This document shows positions 57,791-64,000 of a stretch of 64,000 nucleotides of DNA, one piece after another. Position 1 is the stretch's first letter. Every line of letters begins with the position of its first letter. Under the pieces are notes generated by a model. It was not told the DNA's origin. It worked only from the letters and a program-made list of their open reading frames with translations, and did no database searches. The position numbers were made by a program, and so were the translations under genes. This stretch comes from Longimicrobiales bacterium (GTDB lineage Bacteria > Gemmatimonadota > Gemmatimonadetes > Longimicrobiales > Gaopeijiaceae): contig CAUVXA020000004.1 in assembly GCA_963555795.3 (NCBI GenBank), positions 5,055 to 69,054 of the forward strand, given 5' to 3'.

Positions 57791-58360
57791 TCACGTGACC
57801 GGGAGCTTTTCCGCGCGGCCCGGGAGGAAGTTCCGGAACCGCACCCAGATCTCCTCCCCGTCCCGGATCTCCACATCCAGCGCGTCCATGTCCCGGGGAC
57901 TGGGACTTGCCGGATCGTTGACTGCCCCGTCCAGGCCGAAGCTGCTCTTGTGGCAGGGACACACGAACCGCGATCGGTCCGGGGCGAGGTTCACGAAGCA
58001 GCCCGCATGGGGACAGACCACGTTCAGCGCCTCGACCGAGTCACCCGTGCGGCGGAGGTAGACGGCGCCGACGGGAACGTTCACATGGGTGTTCCACGCG
58101 TCGGTCTTGTCCGCCAGGATTCGGAACTTCCGGGGCACGCCGTCGGCCGGTAGCGCGGCCAGACTGGCCACGGGAACGAGATCGGGGTCCTGCCCCGTGC
58201 GCCAGAGGGGGTCAAGCACGACGCGGACTCCCGACCAGACCGGGGCCAGGAAGGCGAACCCCGCGGCGGCGATGGCCGCGATTCCCGCCAGGAAGCCCCG
58301 GCGGGCTGGAGGGCTCGGGTCGGCGGTTCCTTCGCCTGCCGGCAGTCTCGGGTGACTCAT
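57791..58360 (-). CDS. Rieske 2Fe-2S protein with Tat signal
   Basis: RRGFLAGIAAIAAAG twin-arginine signal. CPHAGC ... CPCHKSSF cluster-binding boxes. Confidence 0.85.
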   Translation of the reverse strand: MSHPRLPAGEGTADPSPPARRGFLAGIAAIAAAGFAFLAPVWSGVRVVLDPLWRTGQDPDLVPVASLAALPADGVPRKFRILADKTDAWNTHVNVPVGAVYLRRTGDSVEALNVVCPHAGCFVNLAPDRSRFVCPCHKSSFGLDGAVNDPASPSPRDMDALDVEIRDGEEIWVRFRNFLPGRAEKLPVT

Positions 58361-58498
58361 CGGCTGGTTTTGGTGGAAGTGAGAGGGATGCGGATCGAAA
58401 GATAGAATATCAGCAGTGCTCCAGTACCGCGACACTCCGCCCACTGCCACTGGAGAGCCGGACTCGTCGACCGCCGGGCGCTGCGCCGGTCGCTGCGC

Positions 58499-61400
58499 TC
58501 AGCTTCGCTCCTGGTCGGCGAAGGTCGCGAAGTCGTGGGCCAGCCCTGGCAACTCGAGTGACTCGGCCATTGCGCGAGCCCGTTCGGCCAGTTCCGGTCG
58601 GGGGCTGTCGTTCCGGCGTGCCATTCTGACTGTCTCGAGGGCCAGGCGCATCCACGACATCGGGTGCCGAGGGCTCTTCGCAGCCGTGCCGCGTTCGAGC
58701 AGAGCCAGAGCCGCGGCTGTGTCACCCTGGCGGGACAGCAAGCGTGCGTGAAAGACGATGAGACCAACCGGTGTCTGGTCCAGTGAGTCGTCGAGCGGAT
58801 ATTCCTCGGCGACCCGAGAAGCCCGGCCAAATCTCGCGAACTCCAGGAGCAGGGTTCCGCCGAACGCGGCCAACCGTTCGTCGATACTCGCGGGAGTCGG
58901 TAGCCGCAAGGCGCTCCGTTCGTGGAAGCGGTCGATGGTTCTGCAGTGGGGCGTGCCGTCCGGATCCTCCAGGTCGAGCACCCGGGCGAGCGCCCGCTCC
59001 GCGTCAACCGCGTCCGACCTGGCGAGCGCCAGCTTCACCCTCGCCAGATGTCCGAGGCCCCGGATCTGCGGGCAATCCATGGATTCTGCAACCGCGCTCA
59101 CCTTCTCAAGGAAGCTCTCGGCGATCTTGTGATGACCGATGTTCGTGTGCCATTCGGCCAGGTTGACGAGAATCCGAACGTGGGAAGCGGTGTCGCTGCT
59201 CATCGGAGCAGCCGCATCGACGTCCTCGATCGCTTCGCGACCCTGCTTCGTGGCAAGCCGCCCGCTGGCGACCAGGACGGAGATGTAATGGTGCAGAGCG
59301 AGCATCAACGCGCTTCGCAGGCCACCCTGCTTCGCAAGTTGAACGGCCTCCCCTGCCTGCCCCAGGGCAGCCAGCGGATCAGTGATGGCAGCAACCCTCG
59401 CCGTCGCGCCGAGAATGCGGCACCTCGCCACCCCGTTCGAGGCCTCTTCCAGTTGACCCATTCTGGTAGCCAACTCTCCCAGCCGGCCGGGTTCCCCGGA
59501 TCTGACGATCACTTGGCGGGTCGTGTCCAGAATGGCCGCCAGGCACCTGTGCTCCCCTCCATCGCGTGCCTCCTGCTCGATGTTGGCCAGCTCGTCCAAA
59601 GTCGTGTCGACACGATCGATCCCCAGCAGATTCCGGGAGTCCGCCACGATCATCCGCACGGTCAGCGATTCGGACAAGGACAGTGCGGACGCGTCCTCCA
59701 ATGCTTCCGTGCCGAGGCGCAGCGCAGCACGGAGCTCCCGCGATCTGTACTTCAGCCGTGCGAGTCGGGCGACCAGCAGGGCCCGTGGCGCCCCCTTGCT
59801 CACGTCGCATGCCAACTTCAGCCGCTGCTGACGTTCAGCCGCTGTCTTCGAGTCGGCGGCCGCGGCAGCTTCCAGCGCATAGAGGTGGGCGAGCTCGTGG
59901 TCACCAGCACGGAAGTAGTGGAGTGCCACCCGTTCCAGTGGGGGATCCTCGGAGCGGGAGCGAATCAGTTCGGCCATCGACGCGTGGAGCATGCTTCGCC
60001 GGGCTGGGCTCAGTGTCTGATAGAGCGCATGGCGTACGATGTCAGGGCGGGCGCGCACCTCCCTGCCAGCCCACTCGACCAGGCGGAGAGCCTGTAGCTG
60101 CTCTATGGCGTCGATGCACTGGTCACTGTTGTGATCCATGATCTGCGTAAGCTGTTCCAGTGTAATCGCGTCCTCCAGCACGACGAGCAGGGAGATCACC
60201 TTTTTCGCGCTCGCATCCAGTCGCTCGACACGTGTGTTGATCAGTTGTTGGAGTGACGGTGGCACGGGAACGGGGCCACCAGGCCCGGACCCGGTGTCGG
60301 TCCCGGATTCGGTCAGGAGTGCATTTGCAAACATCGGGTTGCCGTTTGCCAACGCCGTGACCTCGTCCAGCTCCGTGGTGGATAGCGTCCGTGGAGATGT
60401 GGATTCGGCCAGCTTCCTCATCCAGTGGTTCTCGATCCCCCTGAGCCGGATCGCGGCGGTCGCAGGGTCCGCTTCCAGCTTCTGGAGGAGCCGGGTGACC
60501 GGATGGCCGGTGCGCAACTCCTCCGGGCGATAGGCGAGCAGGAGCGTGAAATTGCCGGCGGACCAGCGTCTGTTCAGGAAATGCAACACTGCGACGGTCG
60601 AGCTGTCGGCCCACTGAAAGTCGTCCAGGCACAGGACCCACCTTCCGGGTGCTCGCAATCGTGGTGAGGAGCTGGAGGAACGCCTCACAGGTCTGCCTTG
60701 GAAGCTCTTCCCGGTGTGGATTCCCGCTGGAACCGGGACTCGGGCGCTCCCGTACCTGCGACAGCAGGCTGTCGAGTTCGGGTTGCCAGGTCTGCTCGCC
60801 CTCGCGCCGAGCGGCGTCTGCCGAGTAGTGCTTCACTCCCTCCAGGAGGGGGCTCAGGGGGATGTCTTGTTCCAGTTCGACCGCCGATGCCCGAATGATG
60901 CTCGAACCGCCAAATCGGGCACTGTGGATTGCCGCTTCCACCAACCTCGTCTTCCCGAGTCCCGCTTCTCCGCTGATCGTTACCGTATTCCACTGGATGT
61001 TGTCGCTTGTCCGGTTGACTCGGCGGGTCAACCGGGCCAGCTCGTCGGTTCGTCCGAGCACCGCCGGCCGGGTAAGGTCGTCGGGAGCCAGGGACTCCTC
61101 GTACTGCCCCCCGGCCATGGATCTCACCGTATCGAGCAGCTCTTGCGTCTCCCCCTGCGGCTTCCACTGTCCCGAAGGATCCTTGCGCATGGCGAACGCT
61201 TCGTAGAGGGATTCCGACTCCTTGACCATCCCGAACGTCACATTCCATCGCAGCTTCCGGCGGAGGGCGACTTCTTCGTGGGGATCGATGCGGAACAGGA
61301 CATCGGCCGCCTCCAGGATAAGCGCCCGGTCGCACGCAGCCACGGCCCCGTCCAGGCCTACCATGGCCGCAAGTCGGAAACGACCCCGCTTGGCGATTTC

Positions 61401-61850
61401 CTGGCGCTCGAGCCAATCCGAGAATGTACTCTTGCCCACCCCGGAGCTTGCCGAAAGGAATCCCAGCTCGACGAGCGCGTACGCTTTCTGGAGCTTTTTC
61501 TCCTGAATCATGTCCGCCCACTCGTTCAGGTCGCACCGCACGGCTTTCCGGCGAACCCGGATGTGCTCTCCCTCCAGCCCAATCACCTTGCGACCGCACT
61601 TTTGGTTTGTCTGGTAGACGAGTTGGCTAAGTCTGTGCCTGACGGCTTTGCCATTCTCGATGTCCCAGAGATTTCGCTGCACCAGGCGTCTCGGGATCCG
61701 CCGTCTCCCTTCGCTGAAGGCGATGGACAACAAGGCCGCCTGGTGAGGTGAGAGCCTGACGACTTCCCCGTGGCGTCTGAGCAGGGGGCCGCCGAAGAGT
61801 TCCAGTCTCAATTCCCCGGTATCGTGCTGCTTTCTCGTTGCGGACAAGAT
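58499..61850 (-). pseudogene. BTAD/SARP-like, AAA (P-loop) and TPR-like large regulator with one frameshift near 60645-60662; start uncertain
   Basis: ELRLELFGGPLLRRHGEVVRLSPHQAALL (BTAD-like), TISGEAGLGKTRLVEAA (Walker A), ..EAFLQLLTTIA then, in another frame, APGRWVLCLDDFQWADSSTVAVLHFL (Walker B), then a long helical-repeat region. Confidence 0.7.
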
Positions 61851-61857
61851 CCTGTCC

Positions 61858-62721
61858 CTATCTCGAGTTGGCTGCTGATTGCGGTGCGATGTCCGTACTC
61901 GTCGAGAGGCCGGCCGCCTCAGGGTCGACGATGGACGGTCGATCTCCGATGAGGTGTGCGGCGACACAGCCCTTGGCAGCTTCATGGGCCAGCCATGTCT
62001 CGAACACCCACTCCCATCCCAGCCTCTTTCGCGCCTCGAGAGGGCGGATGCCGCAGAGGCGGTTCATCTGGTTGCTGAGCGAGAAACCGTCGGGATACCC
62101 GAGCGAGCAGGCGACGTTGAAGAGGCTTGCATCCGAGTTCTGGAGCCTGATCGTTGCGCGCAGGATTCGGCCGATATGGAGCCAGTGTGACGGAACCGGA
62201 AGACCGCTGTTGAGAAGACGGCGCCCAAGGGCCCGCCTCGACATGTACAGGTTCTTCGCCAGCATTGTGATGGTCTGAACCCTGGCACTCAGCTCGACGA
62301 TTCGTCGAACGACGCTCCTCGTCACCGGATCCAGTGAGACCCCCCTCCAATCCAGATACTCCGATACGCTGTCGGACAGCGATGTCGGAGGTCGCCGGAT
62401 GACGCTCGCGATTTCGCCCGGAGACGGGGTTTCGTGGTAGGGGAGGACGGCCTGGGGCCGCGACCGCTCGATAGCGCGAAGGATCCGCAGGACGGCCAGG
62501 CGGTCATCCCCGTCCGGGAGGATAATGGCGAGCGGCACACCGGCCGGCCGGTGTGCGACCAGGTCCGAGCCGTCGCTCCACCCCGCGTTCCCGAGGTGCC
62601 ACAACATCACCCAGCCGCCCTCGCGGGGCTGCACGGGATCGGCGAGGTCTACCGTGCTTAGATGACGGTAGGGTGGGCCCAATAGAAGGACGGCGTCCTG
62701 ACGCGTGTGACTGCTCGGCAT
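61858..62721 (-). CDS. AraC-family transcriptional regulator
   Basis: C-terminal HTH_18-like LAKNLYMSRRALGRRLLNSGLPVPSHWLHIGRILRATIRLQNSDASLFNVACSLGYPDGFSLSNQMNRLCGIRPLEAR. Confidence 0.75.
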   Translation of the reverse strand: MPSSHTRQDAVLLLGPPYRHLSTVDLADPVQPREGGWVMLWHLGNAGWSDGSDLVAHRPAGVPLAIILPDGDDRLAVLRILRAIERSRPQAVLPYHETPSPGEIASVIRRPPTSLSDSVSEYLDWRGVSLDPVTRSVVRRIVELSARVQTITMLAKNLYMSRRALGRRLLNSGLPVPSHWLHIGRILRATIRLQNSDASLFNVACSLGYPDGFSLSNQMNRLCGIRPLEARKRLGWEWVFETWLAHEAAKGCVAAHLIGDRPSIVDPEAAGLSTSTDIAPQSAANSR

Positions 62722-62763
62722 TGATGTAGCTCCTTAGCTCTGACGGTACGTTGGCCCGCCAGG

Positions 62764-63983
62764 CTAGTGTAGTGTCCGCGATATAACCTTGTTAAGGACG
62801 GCGGTGCGAGTTATGGTTCCTCTTCGTGCGGGATCGAGAGGCGTTTGACGAGGAGGAGCCATGCGGAAGGCGGTCGGGATCGAGCTTGCGGAGGGAGACC
62901 GGGAGGTTCTGGAGCGGTGGTCGCGGTTGCGGAGCGCGACGGTGCGGCTGCGGGAGCGGTCGCGGATCGTGCTGATGGCCTCGGAGGGGATGACGAACAG
63001 GGCCATCGCCGAGGAGCTGCGAACGCACACGGACAAGGCGGGCCGCTGGCGGCGGCGGTACGCGGACGAGGGGCTGAAGGGGATCGGGAAGGAGCGTCCC
63101 CGGGGCGGGAATCACGGGGGCAAGTGCCCGAAGGCGCAGGCGGCGCTGAGGGCGGAGATCATCCGCCGGACGACGCAGGAGAGGCCGCCGGACGCGACGC
63201 ACTGGTCGTGCCGGCCGATGGCGCGGGCGGTGGGCACGACACACAGCTTCGTGAACACGGTGTGGCGGTCCGCGGGGCTGCAGCCCCGCCTGTGGCGCAC
63301 CTTCAAGGCGAGCACGGATCCGCGCTTCGAGGAGAAGCTGCAAGACGTTGTGGGGCTGTACCTTGACCCGCCGGACAACGCGGCGGTCTTCAGCTTTGAC
63401 GAGAAGAGCTCGGTCCAGGCGCTCGACCGGACGCAGCCGGGTCTGCCGCTGAAGCCCGGCCGCTGCGGGACGATGACGCACGACTACAAGCGCCACGGGA
63501 CCACGTCGCTGTTCGTGGCGATGGACGTGGCGTCGGGCGAGGTGACCGGCGAGACGTACCGCCGGCACCGCCACCAGGAGGTGCTCCGGTTCTTCCGCAA
63601 GGTCGAGAAGGAGGTGCCGAAGGGGCGGGAGATCCACATCATTCTGGACAACTACGCGACCCACAAGCACCAGAAGGTGAAGGCGTGGGCCGAACGCACG
63701 AAACGCGTCCGCTTCCACTTCGTCCCGACGAGTTCCTCGTGGCTGAACCTGGTCGAGCGCTTCTTCAGCACGCTGACGCAGAAGCGGATCCGCCGCGGCG
63801 TCTTCCACTCCGTCGGCCACCTAGAATCGTGCCTGAAGCAGTACATCGAGACCCACAACGAGAACCCCCGGCCGTTCGTCTGGACGAAGTCGGCCGCGCA
63901 GATCCTCGAGAAGGTGCACCGGGCCCGCAAGGCGCTCGCCGCCGCCTCCGCGTAGGTGCATTATGTTTCGGACACTACACTAG
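62764..63983 (+). mobile_element. IS630-family element (about 1.22 kb)
   Basis: Perfect 15-bp inverted termini CTAGTGTAGTGTCCG (62764-62778) and CGGACACTACACTAG (63969-63983). TA is at both extremities. Confidence 0.85.
62861..63955 (+). CDS. IS630-family transposase
   Basis: HTH region (SRIVLMASEGMTNRAIAEELRTHTDKAGRWRRRY), DEKSSVQALDR, IILDNYATHKH, HFVPTSSSWLNLVERFF. Confidence 0.9.
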   Translation: MRKAVGIELAEGDREVLERWSRLRSATVRLRERSRIVLMASEGMTNRAIAEELRTHTDKAGRWRRRYADEGLKGIGKERPRGGNHGGKCPKAQAALRAEIIRRTTQERPPDATHWSCRPMARAVGTTHSFVNTVWRSAGLQPRLWRTFKASTDPRFEEKLQDVVGLYLDPPDNAAVFSFDEKSSVQALDRTQPGLPLKPGRCGTMTHDYKRHGTTSLFVAMDVASGEVTGETYRRHRHQEVLRFFRKVEKEVPKGREIHIILDNYATHKHQKVKAWAERTKRVRFHFVPTSSSWLNLVERFFSTLTQKRIRRGVFHSVGHLESCLKQYIETHNENPRPFVWTKSAAQILEKVHRARKALAAASA

Positions 63984-64000
63984 TTGGCTATCATCATCAA

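Noticed and set aside
62792-63820. 342-aa minus-strand ORF.
   Set aside because: It is antisense to the IS630 transposase.

Overview
This is a 64-kb, high-GC (roughly 65-68% by eye) bacterial segment. It reads as an accessory, insertion-sequence-saturated region rather than a core region. I could support at least 12 IS copies or remnants from 7 or more families: rve/DDE, IS3 (three types), IS21 (two), IS1380-like (two lineages, five copies), IS1182 (two), IS30 and IS630. Several are nested in one another or sit inside host genes, and some have target-site duplications that can be reconstructed exactly.

Host content between the IS elements:
- A decayed type I hsdM relic (790-3300).
- A short, unresolved phage-like patch (3330-4760).
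- An Mrr-like nuclease islet (5226-6947).
- A type I R-M locus, hsdM / PIN-like gene plus small partner / hsdS / hsdR, where hsdR is frameshifted (9895-17460).
- A CapA-like lipoprotein.
- A lower-GC three-gene cassette with two HEPN-like proteins (22485-24412). This is my best candidate for an undescribed defence or toxin system.
- A tyrosine recombinase flanked by about 107-bp direct repeats.
- A 1469-aa Big2 / plant-type LRR / metzincin lipoprotein.
- An array of paralogous 6-bladed beta-propeller-type lipoproteins (GxGPGEF motif) with a small S8 protease, thioredoxin-fold proteins and an ABC-exporter relic (37550-54717).
- A minus-strand operon: cysteine-rich secreted peptide, membrane protein, ECF sigma, anti-sigma.
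- A Rieske / cytochrome b-c fusion pair.
- A frameshifted BTAD-AAA-TPR regulator and an AraC regulator.

I saw no rRNA, tRNA or CRISPR array. Many long ORFs in the supplied track are GC-driven antisense artefacts. Family names come from recognising motifs in the translations, not from any search. The taxon is not determinable here; the gene content is reminiscent of Gemmatimonadota/Acidobacteriota-type genomes, which is inference only.
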